DNA of 63,661 nucleotides, the filler included, from Thraustochytrium aureum (Eukaryota), in the NCBI GenBank assembly GCA_012862495.1. It is 5 parts of 2 records of this genome, joined end to end, with 100 filler letters (N's around TTAATTAATTAA, not from the genome) between each part and the next. Parts side by side here need not be neighbours in the genome. Positions count along the whole stretch, not along the records: positions 33,440 to 52,030 come from BLSG01000219.1; positions 52,131 to 62,112 come from BLSG01000219.1; 3 more parts are not named here. The stretch is one strand, 5' to 3'. The notes under the pieces were generated by a model. That model was not told where the DNA came from. It did not search any database and saw only the letters and a program-made list of their open reading frames with translations. Every line of letters starts with the position of its first letter. Position 1 is the first letter of the stretch. Position numbers and translations under genes: made by a program. Shown here in pieces: positions 48,724 to 60,239 of the stretch.

Positions 48724-51700
48724 CTACCTCTTGGCGGCAGAGGCCGGCGAGGCGGGCTTGCCCCAGGAAGTCGGGCGCAGGTCGCGGCGCAAGTAGAAGA
48801 GCACGTAGGCCTCGCGCGAGCAGATGCGCGAGACAGGCTCGACAAGCGTGACGGTCTCGTCGTCAAACTCGTACCACTTGCCGTCCTCCTCGTTGCGCGC
48901 GAACGCCGTGTAGTGGCCGGAGCCGAGCCCGCCGTAATGGCACGACACTGCACAGAGGTCGTACATAGCCGCCTCGCGCGACGCCGGGTCCAGGGCATAG
49001 CGACGCAGGTCCAAGCCCTCGATGGGGAAGTCCACGAGGTGCTCGACCTTGTTGGTGTAGTGCTCCGACTCTTGGCTGAAGCGTTTAAAGTTGAGCACCA
49101 GCACGCTCGGAAGGCTCCAGATCTGCAGCGTCTTGACGGCCTCCTGGTGCTTTTTGCACTTGTTGCAGTACCACGAGTCCATCTCCGAGAGCTTTTCTTC
49201 CCCGCACAAGAGGTCGAGGCAGTCGTAGATCTTGAGCGCTGAAGCCGCGCTCCTGGCGCTCTCCTCGCGCAGCGCGAGCAGGTCGTAGAGGCGGACCACG
49301 GGCGACTCGGGGGACCAGGTGACCACGACCCGGAGGAAAGAGTGCTTTGAGAAAAAGAAGGGCTCCCGCGACTGCTTCTCCACGAGCTTGCCAGTGATCG
49401 CGTGGTCGCGGCGCTCGTCGAGCACGTAGTTTTTCCCTGCGCGGCGAATCTCCAGCTCGCGCGGGATTTGGGCGGGGTCCAGCCGATCCGGGAGGTCGTA
49501 CTCGGCGCGCTTTGCGGGGTCCAGGGAACCGATAGCCGTGTTGTACACCATGGCGAAGTACTTGACCAGCGCGTCGAAAAGGTCGCCCTCTGTTGCGTCC
49601 TTGTCCACCAGCAAAACGCCAGGGTCAAGCTCAAACTCTTGCTCTGGGATCTCTGTGCCGGCGCGCGAGAGGCGGCGCTCCGGCGCGGCAGGGCCACCGA
49701 GCTCTTCCAGCTTGTTGACGAAACGGACCGCCCGCGTCGGGTTGAGCGCGAGCTTGCGGTCAAGGANNNNNNNNNNNNNNNNNNNNNNNNNNNNNNNNNN
49801 NNNNNNNNNNNNNNNNNNNNNNNNNNNNNNNNNNNNNNNNNNNNNNNNNNNNNNNNNNNNNNNNNNNNNNNNNNNNNNNNNNNNNNNNNNNNNNNNNNNN
49901 NNNNNNNNNNNNNNNNNNNNNNNNNNNNNNNNNNNNNNNNNNNNNNNNNNNNNNNNNNNNNNNNNNNNNNNNNNNNNNNNNNNNNNNNNNNNNNNNNNNN
50001 NNNNNNNNNNNNNNNNNNNNNNNNNNNNNNNNNNNNNNNNNNNNNNNNNNNNNNNNNNNNNNNNNNNNNNNNNNNNNNNNNNNNNNNNNNNNNNNNNNNN
50101 NNNNNNNNNNNNNNNNNNNNNNNNNNNNNNNNNNNNNNNNNNNNNNNNNNNNNNNNNACGGACCTTCGCTCGGGCGCAGCTCGTCCGGGCCCGGGACGCT
50201 CTCGTCGGGGCCCGCGTCGTCCTGCGGCTCGGCGGAAACCGCGGGCGCGGAGCGGTTGGCTGAAAGGTCGCTGCCGTGAGTGGAGGGCGGCGGGGACGAC
50301 GTGGAGCCCTTTCGCCGGCCGGAAATGCTGCCCCACAGCGCCTTCTTCATATTCTTCGGGCTAAAGCGGCTCGCCGACTTGCGCTGGGCGTTGGCGGTTC
50401 CGCTCGGGGCGCCTGCAGTTGGAGAGGAGCTCGACCCAGAGCCCGGGCTCGCGGCACCGCCGCGGCTGCGCGGGTCGCGCGACCTCCCGCCCGAGCGCGC
50501 CTCAACGCTTGCCGGCGTGTACTCGCCAACGAGCATCCGCGCGTCCTGCTCGGCCTTGTCGCGGGCGCCGGGGATCTGCTTGTGGATGTCGAGCATCATG
50601 TACACTTGAAACACCTCCCCTGCGGGGACCACGGCCGCGACCTCGATGCGCACCGGCGTCCGCATGGACTGCTTTCGTCCGTACGACCCTATCCAGACCT
50701 GGCCCTGCTCGAACGGGCACCCGGCGTTCTTGCTCACTCCGGAAGCGGGCAGCGCAGCCGCTGCCTGGTCTGGGCCTGGCTGTGCGTCGGTGACAAGGGA
50801 GATGATCGTGCGCTCGCTCTCCTTGTCCTCGACCACGCGGATAAACTCGAGGCCAGCGTTGGGGTCCGCGGGTTCGTCTTGCGGCTCCCCGTGGTCGGTG
50901 GACCTGTAGTCGAGGTAGTTCTCGTCGACGATGAGCTTGTTGCCAGTGAGCGCGAGCGACTCGCGAAACCAGGGTGTAAAGTCGCCGTGCAGCATCTCGA
51001 GGTGCGCGGGCGCGTCCGCGTTTTCGATGGCGTACACCTGCGTGTCCATGCTGATCGAGTCGATCGAGGACGAGTCGTTGATGATGCGGATGATCTTGCG
51101 CTGGCTGAGCTCAGCAAGGAAGAAGGAGGCGAGCGGGAGGCCGGCGGCGCGAGCCACTGCGTTGCGCAGCAGCAGGATCGAGCCGTTCGCGGGCACCGTG
51201 ACGGAGACCTGGCGACGCAGCAGGGGCGCGTCGGCGGGGATCACAATGCAGCGGATCTCCTGCGCCTTGGCCGGGCCGTTCTCGACAGGCAGGGCAAGCA
51301 TCATGTAGGGGTCGAAGGTGACCGAGACGTTGTCGCACGAGGCGCGCGGGCAAGTCACCTTGCTCAGGAGCATGCCCGTGAACAGGTCCGCGACGAGCGA
51401 GTCGTTGCGGACCTTGTACTTGTCCATGGCCTCCTTGGCCACCTCGGCGTCCGGGCGGCCCTTGGGCTCGACAGGGTCGGTCATCCGCTTCTTCTTGACG
51501 CGGTTGATGTCCTCGTGCAGGCCGTCGAGAAGGTAGCCGAGCAGCTCCTGCGAGTCGTGCTGCATGTAGCCGGCAAAGTCCGACTTGAAGTCGTCGAGCG
51601 CCGCCTTGAACGCGTGCGGCGACAGGGCCCGGCCCGCGCCGGCCCGCCACATCTCGCGCATGAGCTGCCCGAAGGCAAAGGCGAGCTTGCCGCCGGCGCC

Positions 51701-52030
51701 CAGAGGGTTGTCCTCGTTGATGTCTGCCTCAAACTTGCCGCTCACGAAAAACTCGCGCAGCTGCGGCACGTTGCTCAGGCACTGCAAGGTACTGTTCATG
51801 TAGCACGTGTTGCGCAGGTTGTACAGCCCCAGGAGCCCGGGGGCCGCGGAGCCATCCGCAGTGCTCACCACCGAGGCCGTGTCCAGCCCAACGGACCGCG
51901 CAACGCTGTCCCGCCGGTACTCGGGCCCGCCCCGTGCAGGGTCCGCCTCCCGGTCCTCGAGCTCCCACGAGCCGTCGGCTTGCCGCTGCTCCAGGAGCAC
52001 CAGCTGGTTGTGCGACAGGTTGGTGTCCTC
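48724..52030 (-). CDS. Ubiquitin-specific protease (C19, USP4/11/15-like), 5' partial, spans a gap
   Basis: Cys box GLYNLRNTCYMNSTLQCL, QHDSQELLGYLLDGLHED, WYCNKCKKHQEA and His box HYGGLGSGHYTA..WYEFDD. Confidence 0.92.
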
Positions 52031-52130
52031 NNNNNNNNNNNNNNNNNNNNNNNNNNNNNNNNNNNNNNNNNNNNTTAATTAATTAANNNNNNNNNNNNNN
52101 NNNNNNNNNNNNNNNNNNNNNNNNNNNNNN
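52031..52130. other. Artificial scaffold linker N44-TTAATTAATTAA-N44
   Basis: Same 100-nt linker. Confidence 0.97.
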
Positions 52131-52132
52131 GC

Positions 52133-53218
52133 CTCGTGGAGTTCCTCCACTGGCTCGTCATGGCGCTTTTCCCGTGGGTCAACGCCGTCAAGGTCTGTAC
52201 TCTTTACTTGCGGTTCACCCGCAAAGAGCTTGACTTCACGTCAGAGGCGGCCAACATGGAGAAAATCCGGGAAAACTTGAGCCACTCGGGCACGCTGCGG
52301 CCCGGCTTTGTGACGCCTTTCACGCGCCCCTTGAGGGAGTGGGACTTGGCCGACTTGAAGCGCGGCACGGAGGTGCTCGTGCGGTTCGATCCCACCGACT
52401 CGAACAGCCCGTTCCTGCCTGGGCAATTCTTGCAGTGCGTCCCAGACACCGAGGACCAAGTCCTGGTCGTGTTCTCGGGCAGCACCTTTGAGTTGACGCG
52501 CAACATCGACGACGTCTTCTTGCACGGGGACGACCTCTACATCGACATCAAAATCCCGAGTGTGGTCAAACGCCTCTGCACGAGGCGCCTGCTGGTGATG
52601 AGCTTCGAGGATGGCAAGGTGTCGAAGCGCGCCGATTTCGTGGGAGCCGATCAAGAATGCCTCTACAACCAGGCCATTATGATCGCTCGAGCGTTCACGC
52701 ACATGGCCTTCATCGACGGCTTTGTGCATGGGGACCCACACCCCGCCAACGTGATGTACCAAAGCACAAGTCCGCCGGTTATCCTGGACTTTGGCCTTTG
52801 CATGGCCCTCGACGAGCGCATCGTGCGTGGCTGGTGCAAGGTGATCTACGGGTCAACGCAACTGGACTTGGGCACTCTGTGCGATGGGTTTCGCGACCTC
52901 GGCTTCGAGCCGCTGCCAGGGGATGCGCGGTCTGAAGAGGAGCAGATTTACGCGCTTTCTGAAACGCTGTTCCCGGGCCGCCGCAGCGACACCGAGTCGG
53001 TGCCGGCCTCTCACATTGAAGAGCTGGATCGTGCAAAGATCATGCGCGCCTTCTTTGCGCACAAACTCGATTCGCCGGACCTCCTCTTCATCGTTCGCGT
53101 CTCCAACTACTTGGCCAACCTCTGCTCCAAGTTCGACTTGCGCGCCATCTTTGGCGTTTACCCGCTCTTCGCCGAGAGTTCGATTCGCAGGCACAAGTGG
53201 GCCGAGCTCGACACCTGA
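52133..53218 (+). CDS. ABC1/UbiB/ADCK atypical protein kinase, 5' partial, with an internal insertion
   Basis: ELDFTSEAAN, IPSV....TRRLLVMSFEDG, GFVHGDPHPANV and ILDFGL. Confidence 0.85.
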   Translation, partial: LVEFLHWLVMALFPWVNAVKVCTLYLRFTRKELDFTSEAANMEKIRENLSHSGTLRPGFVTPFTRPLREWDLADLKRGTEVLVRFDPTDSNSPFLPGQFLQCVPDTEDQVLVVFSGSTFELTRNIDDVFLHGDDLYIDIKIPSVVKRLCTRRLLVMSFEDGKVSKRADFVGADQECLYNQAIMIARAFTHMAFIDGFVHGDPHPANVMYQSTSPPVILDFGLCMALDERIVRGWCKVIYGSTQLDLGTLCDGFRDLGFEPLPGDARSEEEQIYALSETLFPGRRSDTESVPASHIEELDRAKIMRAFFAHKLDSPDLLFIVRVSNYLANLCSKFDLRAIFGVYPLFAESSIRRHKWAELDT

Positions 53219-53261
53219 GGCCCTGTTCGGTTTCTGTATTCTTGATCAATCAATCAGTAAT

Positions 53262-53430
53262 AGACAAACACAGACAGACAGGCAGGCAGACAGGCAGACA
53301 TAGAGACAGCTCCCTCCGCCCCTGGCCCAGCGCGTCTTCGCCCCCATGCCCCTCCCGCGCGCTCTCCGCCGGCAACAGCGCGCTGGGTGGGAGGTCCGAG
53401 GATGTCGGTTCCATCCATCCATCCATCCAT
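53262..53430. repeat. Microsatellites (CAGA/CAGG)n and (CCAT)n
   Basis: cagacagacaggcaggcagacaggcagaca near 53271 and ccatccatccatccatccat near 53411. Confidence 0.8.
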
Positions 53431-53752
53431 CGTCTTGGCACACGACCCTTGCCTTACGGCGCAGCAGGGGCGTCAACAGAGTAGCCAGCCACCCGAGCAC
53501 CGCAGGCCCTGTCGGCTGCGGTGCCCGCGGCCGCCGGGCCGGCGTGCCGGCGGTCTCTAGAGCTAGCCGGGATCGCAAGTCGGATCTTTGTGCCTTGGCA
53601 GATGGGTACTTCGGGTTGTATCTTCTCACCTGGACAGTCCGGTACGGCAGCCGACTGCAAGTGCGAGCGCGCAAGCCACGCGGCGAGCCCAACCTCCTCG
53701 GCAAGTCGACCGCTGTGTTTGCCGTCGCCCAGTTGGCGCGCTTCGCTTCGAG

Positions 53753-54565
53753 ATGAGCGCCAAGAGCGCGGTCAGGGTCCTGCTTGGACGCGATGGGTTT
53801 GCCACCTTGCAACTCGCGCGGCCAGAGAAGCACAACGCCATGTCGGACGAGGTGATCGCGCTGATTCGCGAGACGCTCGCAAAGGTCAAGCAGGAGGGGC
53901 CCAGGGCCCTGTTTGTCCGCGCCGAGGGCAAGTCTTTCTCAGCGGGGGCCGACCTCGACTGGATGAAACGTGCCGCCTCCTACACGCGCGAGGAGAACAC
54001 AAGGGACGCGGTGGAGCTCAGCAGCATGCTCAACGACCTCTCGACGATGCCGATGCCGACCGTCGCTCTCGTTCAAGGCGCGGCTCTGGGCGGTGGGGTT
54101 GGCATCGTTGCGGCTTGCGACATTGCCGTCGGTGTCCGCACTGCCAAGTTTACCTTGTCCGAGGTCAAGCTCGGACTCATCCCGGCCACGATCAGCCCCT
54201 ACGTCGTGCGCCGCATTGGCGCACAGCACAGCCGCCGCTACTTCGTCACTGCGGAGCGCTTTGACGCGCAAGAGGCCTGCCGAATCGGTCTGCTCCACGA
54301 GGTCGTCGACGACGAGGCGGCCCTGGACGCTTTCGAGGTGCACTTGAAAGAGCACTTTGCGCGCAACGGACCGCAGGCCATGGCGGCTTCAAAGTCTCTG
54401 ATCCAGGCCGTCGAAGGCCGCGCGATCGACCAGGGCCTAATGCTCGACACGGCGCAGCGACTTGCCGAGCAGCGGGACTCTACCGAGTGCCGCGAGGGCA
54501 TCGCCGCATTTTTCGACAAGCGCGTCCCAGCCTTTGCGGCGCCGGCCGCTGCAGCGGACAAGTAG
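53753..54565 (+). CDS. Enoyl-CoA hydratase/crotonase, methylglutaconyl-CoA hydratase (LiuC-like)
   Basis: RPEKHNAM, FSAGADLDWMK, VQGAALGGG, SEVKLGLIPATISPYV, TAERFDA and ECREGIAAFFDKR. Confidence 0.87.
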   Translation: MSAKSAVRVLLGRDGFATLQLARPEKHNAMSDEVIALIRETLAKVKQEGPRALFVRAEGKSFSAGADLDWMKRAASYTREENTRDAVELSSMLNDLSTMPMPTVALVQGAALGGGVGIVAACDIAVGVRTAKFTLSEVKLGLIPATISPYVVRRIGAQHSRRYFVTAERFDAQEACRIGLLHEVVDDEAALDAFEVHLKEHFARNGPQAMAASKSLIQAVEGRAIDQGLMLDTAQRLAEQRDSTECREGIAAFFDKRVPAFAAPAAAADK

Positions 54566-54802
54566 AGGCGCGCCGCACGCTCTCCGCTCTAGCTCCAGCG
54601 AGAGCTTCACAATGCCCGCGAGCGCGCAGGCGTGCGCCGCCCTTCTTCGCCGGCCCATCGCCTAGCGCACAAATATTTCGCAAACACAAGCAAATTCCTC
54701 TGCCGCCGAGCCCGCCAGCGCTCCACGTTGCCCGCAAGCGCTCCAAGCGGCAGGCAAGGCCAAGGCCGCGCCCTCCAGCGCAAGAGGTCGCGCAGCATCA
54801 CG

Positions 54803-55957
54803 ATGATGGCCGTCGATGAACCTCCAACCCGACCCAGTCGCTGCTCCAGCGAAGGAGAAGGAGAAGCCCATGTCGCGCACTCGCGGCCGCGAGAGGCAGA
54901 CTCTGCTGCATGCGAAGGCGTCGAGCTGTGCCATCCGAATCGCCAGCGACAGTGTGAGCGCGAGACCTCTACGTCGTTGAACGCGGTGGCCAACGCGGTG
55001 GCCAACGTGGCGAGCGAGATGGACGCGCTTGTTGCGAAAGTCGCCCAAGAGGCCAAGCAAGCCGTCGCGAACGGCGACGTGGACCACAACGCGCGCAGGC
55101 ACAAGCTGCCTTTGGCGTTCCCGTCGGCGGAGGTCGAGATTAACTTTGCCGCGCTGCGCGCCCTGCTCGACTTTGGGAGGGGCTACGAGGATTTGTTTGA
55201 GGAGCTGTGCGGGCGCGGGTTTCGCGAAACGCACTCGTTCGGGCTGATTCACATGTACATCTCCGGCAAGCAGCTCGACGCCGAGTTCATGGCCACCGTC
55301 AACACGATGGACGTCACCGAGCACCTCGTCCTGACGGGCGTAACCCTCGAAGAGGAGATCATGGGTGGCGTTTACAAGCAAGTGGACGGCCCCCTCAAGC
55401 CGTTCGCCGACCTCGTCGTCCAGGCGCTCCAGGACACTGGCAAGCGCCTGCGCGAGATGGGCAAGCCGTCGCTAGGTGCGCTGATCCTGGAGTGGGTGCG
55501 CGCCGGCACCTCGGCGGCGGGGCTCGCAGACAACCTCGCCTCCGCGTTCCCCGCGTTCGGGTCCAAGCCGAACCCGCGCAAGGCGATCCTCGCCGCCCGC
55601 GACATAGCGAGCATTCTCGCAGCGTCTGGCCACCCCGAGTGCGCCGAGCTGCGGGCAGCCTTCACGGACGCGGACGAGCTCGCGCCAGTCGTTGACAGCG
55701 AGCTCATGGCTGGGCTAGCGGCGGTGGGCCTGGTGGAGGTTCCCGATGCGGACCGGGTCCTGGACCTCAGCAAGGCCCTTGACAAGCAATCCGAGTCGCG
55801 CATCCGGGGCGCGTGCCGTTCGGCCTTGGAGCGGCTTCTTGGGGCTGCGCCGGGCTTGGCTCCGGTCGAGTTGGAGGCGTTCCTGGCAGGCAAGGTCGCC
55901 ACGCCGGAGGGCGGCGCCGCGATCCGCGTTCTTGCGCGACCGACTCTAGAGTACTAA
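54803..55957 (+). CDS. Divergent queuosine-salvage (QNG1/DUF2419-related) protein
   Basis: LPLAFPS..VEINF..L.ALLDFG.G, LASAFPAF, RKAIL..RDI, LAPVVD and ESRIRG follow the motif order of the Q-salvage fold, but the matches are loose. Confidence 0.45.
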   Translation: MMAVDEPPTRPSRCSSEGEGEAHVAHSRPREADSAACEGVELCHPNRQRQCERETSTSLNAVANAVANVASEMDALVAKVAQEAKQAVANGDVDHNARRHKLPLAFPSAEVEINFAALRALLDFGRGYEDLFEELCGRGFRETHSFGLIHMYISGKQLDAEFMATVNTMDVTEHLVLTGVTLEEEIMGGVYKQVDGPLKPFADLVVQALQDTGKRLREMGKPSLGALILEWVRAGTSAAGLADNLASAFPAFGSKPNPRKAILAARDIASILAASGHPECAELRAAFTDADELAPVVDSELMAGLAAVGLVEVPDADRVLDLSKALDKQSESRIRGACRSALERLLGAAPGLAPVELEAFLAGKVATPEGGAAIRVLARPTLEY

Positions 55958-56030
55958 ATGGACCAGGTTCTTGTTTGCATCTCAAAAGCTGGCGTTGAGG
56001 CCATGTGCGTTGAGGCCATGTGGGCGTGCC

Positions 56031-58778
56031 TCACGAGACCCAGGCTACAAGGCTGGCAGGCAGTGAGCGAGCGAGCCTGAGCCGCCAAGCCGCGAGGCGA
56101 AGCGGAACGCGGGCTGCCTCTGCAGCCTCGCTCNNNNNNNNNNNNNNNNNNNNNNNNNNNNNNNNNNNNNNNNNNNNNNNNNNNNNNNNNNNNNNNNNNN
56201 NNNNNNNNNNNNNNNNNNNNNNNNNNNNNNNNNNNNNNNNNNNNNNNNNNNNNNNNNNNNNNNNNNNNNNNNNNNNNNNNNNNNNNNNNNNNNNNNNNNN
56301 NNNNNNNNNNNNNNNNNNNNNNNNNNNNNNNNNNNNNNNNNNNNNNNNNNNNNNNNNNNNNNNNNNNNNNNNNNNNNNNNNNNNNNNNNNNNNNNNNNNN
56401 NNNNNNNNNNNNNNNNNNNNNNNNNNNNNNNNNNNNNNNNNNNNNNNNNNNNNNNNNNNNNNNNNNNNNNNNNNNNNNNNNNNNNNNNNNNNNNNNNNNN
56501 NNNNNNNNNNNNNNNNNNNNTGTTCGTCTTCGTCGCCGCGCTCGCCGAGCTCGGAAACAAAGTCGCTCAGCACCTGGAGCTCGACCATCGGCTGCTTGCC
56601 GGTCGCCGTGTGCTCGTCAAAGGCGCGCCCCGCAACCGCAGCAAAGTAGAAGACCGCGGCGCGGCACCGCCCAGCGCGCATGTGCTCGTGGGCAAGCGCC
56701 AGCTTGGCCTCTGTCGAGCCCAGGAGCGCCGCGCTCTCGAGCCGCTCAAGGAAACTACGCGGGTCGGCTTGCGCCCAGCCCCCGCGCTCCAGCTCGAGCA
56801 CAGCGTTGCTGCCCATGGCTGCGCCGACTTCTGGCCACACGGCAAGCGCAAACGCGGCGCGCGCATACCCGCGCTCCGCAGAAAGCTCGAGGCTTTGGCG
56901 GGCAAGCGCCCCGAACCGGCTCCGCTGCGCGCTCGCAAGCTCAAAGAGCGCTTCCGGTTGCCCGTCCTTTGCGGCGTCGGCCAGGATTGCAAGTCGAGCT
57001 TCGCGGCTCTCGGCCTCGCTCGCCGCCTCGAGCAGCTCAGCCGCCATTGCGTCGTCGGTAGCGGCGCAAGCATCGTGGTCCTCGGCCGCTGCTCCAGCTG
57101 CTCGAGGCACCGCCGCAGCTGGCAGCCGCGAGGCGCTGCGCGTCCAGGGCGGCGAAAAGAGCAACGTCGCATCCACGGACCGCGGCGCGGTCTCGCGCTG
57201 GATGCGCAGGACCTGCAGACGCGACAAGTGCGGTCGAAGAGCTCGACGCGCCGCACGAAAGCGCGCGGCCCCATTGCCCAGGCGTCGTGGCCGAAGCGCA
57301 GCGCGCCTGGTCCGCTCAGGACCGCAACCCCCTCGAGCTCCCAGTCGATCGCGCGTGAGCCGTCGACATAGACTGTAGCAGAGAACTTTAGCGCCTCCTC
57401 CCCGTCCCCAGTATCGTTGCGGAAGGTGAGAACGACGTGCTGCCACCGCTCCTCTCGCAGCTCGATTTCAGAGTCCACGCCAACGTCCGATTGTACCGCT
57501 GTGCTGACCCGCAGCGCGAGATGGTTCGAGTTGGGCAACAGCCACAGGCTGGGCGTGCGGAAGCCTGTCTCGTGTCCGCGACCCTCGCCGTGGTACAAGA
57601 GCGCGCGGTACGCAGTCGCGACTTCATAGTCCGCCGCGGAGGCATCGCGGCACGACCTCGAGGCAAACCATTTCTTGGGCGCTAGAGCGATCCAAAAGCT
57701 CAGCGACCAGGCTCGCGCCGTCATGTGCTCGTAAGGTGCCATAGCTGTCCCCCCGCCTTGTACAGGCCGAGGCAGGACGAGCCGGGCGTCGTGGAGCGCC
57801 ACGCGTTCCGTCCAAACCCCAAATCGGCGGTGCGCTTACGGCGACCGCCGCGTCCGCTGCGCTTGACCCGAGGACAACAACTTCCCGGCCAGCGGGCGAA
57901 GAACGCGCTACCCGCAGGGTTCGCTTTGTCCCTGCTTCTGGGACCTGGTCGTCGGTGACGAACAGCGCGACCTGGTAGCTTCCGGGCGACTCGAGGCGCA
58001 CGCCGAACTCGCCGCCGAGGTCCAAGGTGGGCCCTCGTCCTTTCAAAACCGAGGCGAGCGACGCGAACTGCTTTTCTTCTTCGGTTCGCTCGCGGTGCGC
58101 CAAGGAGGCGGTGAGCCCCCCGTTGTGGTAGTCGATTCGCCCGGTCTCGTTCACAATGTGTATGACCAAGGTGCGGGGGTCGGCCCATTCGCCGCGCAAT
58201 TCGGACCCTATTGGAGCGGACCACACCATGACTTGCCGCACCTCGCTGTCACTAGCCACTGGTGGCTCGTCCGTGTTCCGGTCGAAGCGGATAGTGAACG
58301 TGCTCCCGTCGCCGTATCCGGGCGAGGCGACGATGGAGACCATCTTTGGCCACTCGGGGCCATCCCCGCACGCACGCTCGCCTTGCACGCCGCCCTCTTC
58401 GCCAAAGTCTTGGCAGCCGACCACGGGGACGGTTTCGCTGTACGCTTCGAGGGCTTTGCTCGCCGCGTCCTGAAGCGCTTCCCACGATCCGAGCTTGTCG
58501 GCGTTCCTGTCGTCCGTCATGTCTTCCAGCCGAACCCGCTTGACGACGTTGCCGGACTCGTCGAAGATGCCCACGCCCCAGGCTGCATACACGCCGGCCA
58601 CACGCGGCAAGCGCGCTGTCCACCGCACCGTTGCGAGCTCGAAAGGTTCGACAAGGCCCTTGTCCAAGACAAGCGAGGCCCCGGCGGCGACATCGCCGAG
58701 CGCAGCCCCCGCTGCATCCGCCGGCGCGCCTTCGCTCGCCAGTAGCATCGCAGCCAGCGCTGCCAGCGGCAGCAGCAT
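56031..58778 (-). CDS. Secreted LamG/concanavalin-like + Sel1-repeat protein (SEL1L3-like architecture); frameshifts near 57815 and 57230, one gap
   Basis: Signal peptide MLLPLAALAAMLLASEG. LamG-like WSLSFWI..RTPSLWL..WQHVVLTF..VYVDG. Sel1 repeats GQPEALFELA, SAERGYARAAFALA and AALLGSTEAKLALAH. Confidence 0.6.
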
Positions 58779-60239
58779 TCGCAGCGGTCGTGCGGCCGAG
58801 GCACGCCCTCGGCGTGCCCGCGTCAAAACCATTCCCACGCGCAGCCCGCGCGCCCCAAATCGATCCTTGAGACCAGCGCCCCAGAATCCGCTCATGCGCG
58901 GCGCGAGCAGGCCCCAAGCGGCGCTCGACCCTCGTTCCAGCAGCGCTGTTCTCGCGCGTCCCAGGTGCACGCACCCACGAAGCCGCACCACTCGGGATCG
59001 CGATCGGGGTCGAACCAGTCCACGGGCACAGACAACCACGACGGCAAGGCGCGCCCGGCCCACGTACACGAACAACCTCCAGAGCCACCTCCAGAGCAAG
59101 GGCAAGGTGCCCAACCGAGTGCCCGAGAGGGCCCCCTCGAGCTCCGGCGCGCGGTCCCGTCGCAAGAGTTGCGGCTCTGGTCCTGGCCCACCTCGAGCAG
59201 TTCAGAACAGATCCACAACAGCAGGAACGCACGCACACCTCCCGGGTTTGTCCGTTGGCCGACTGCTTGCGAGCGAGGGCTGCCAGGCGCTCGTACTCGA
59301 GTACGCTGTTCTCCATGGGCTGGCCGGTCCAGAGTCTCAGACGCCCGCCCGCTAGGTGAATGGTGGATACTCAGTACCTGCCGGCACGTGGAAACGACGT
59401 GGACAGGCTCGTCGCCACGGCCGGCCACGCCGCCAGCGCGCACACGCGGTGCGCTCGTCCGACTCTCTCTCTACTAAAAAAGCCATTACGGTGAGTACTC
59501 ACCAGAGGTCACCATTGCTCACTGAACTCCACCCGCGTGACCAACTCGGGCACCAACGAGAGTAAGCAGAGGCGGTTCGCGCTCAGAGCTCGCGAACTGG
59601 TGCACGCGTGGAGGCAGGCCAGGGGGCCGGAGAGTCGACCCCACGACTTGAGTTTCTCACTTGAGAATCCAGTGTAGGTGGAGTACTCTCTTTGCTTGGC
59701 TCGGCACGAGCCACTGGCAGGCCTGCCAGTGCATGTCGTTGGCATTCGCTCAGGAGTTGGCTGGCACGAGTTGCGCAGATTCAATCGCGAGGGCTCTCGC
59801 GCTCGGCATCATTGGCACCATTGGCATCAAGCCGGAGGAGGTCGGTCGCTGTCGGAGTGCTCCTCCGCCCCACTCGGCAGCGGCAGCAGCAGCGCGATGC
59901 TTTGGTAAGCGACGTCGCGTCGGAAGCCGTGGAAGCGTGCAGCCTCGCCCGGGTCTCGCAAGAGCAGCCTCCTGCCGGCGCGCCTGTGACTGAAAAAAAC
60001 AGAGAATTGGATTCCGGCGAACCGGTTGTGTAGGAGGGTAAGGGAGGGACTCCGAAAGAGCGACAACTCGAGGTAAGCAGTAGCAACACGCTTTCGAATG
60101 CCAAGCCCGCCATCCCGCCGCGACGAGGATCGACCAAAACCCAAACGACTCGGAAGAAGCCAAAGCAGCAAGCAGCAAAGCACGCACTGCAGGGACGGAG
60201 AAGAAGCAAGCAAAGCAGAGCAAGTCAGCCAACCCCACG

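Noticed and set aside
55993..56021. Short tandem duplication gcgttgaggccatgt
   Set aside because: It is a two-copy 15-bp slippage repeat between convergent 3' ends with no further structure.
58900..59316. Possible small minus-strand gene or upstream exon starting MENSVLEYERLAALARK
   Set aside because: The first 26 codons look plausible, but I could not build a convincing splice or frame continuation, and no homology is recognisable.
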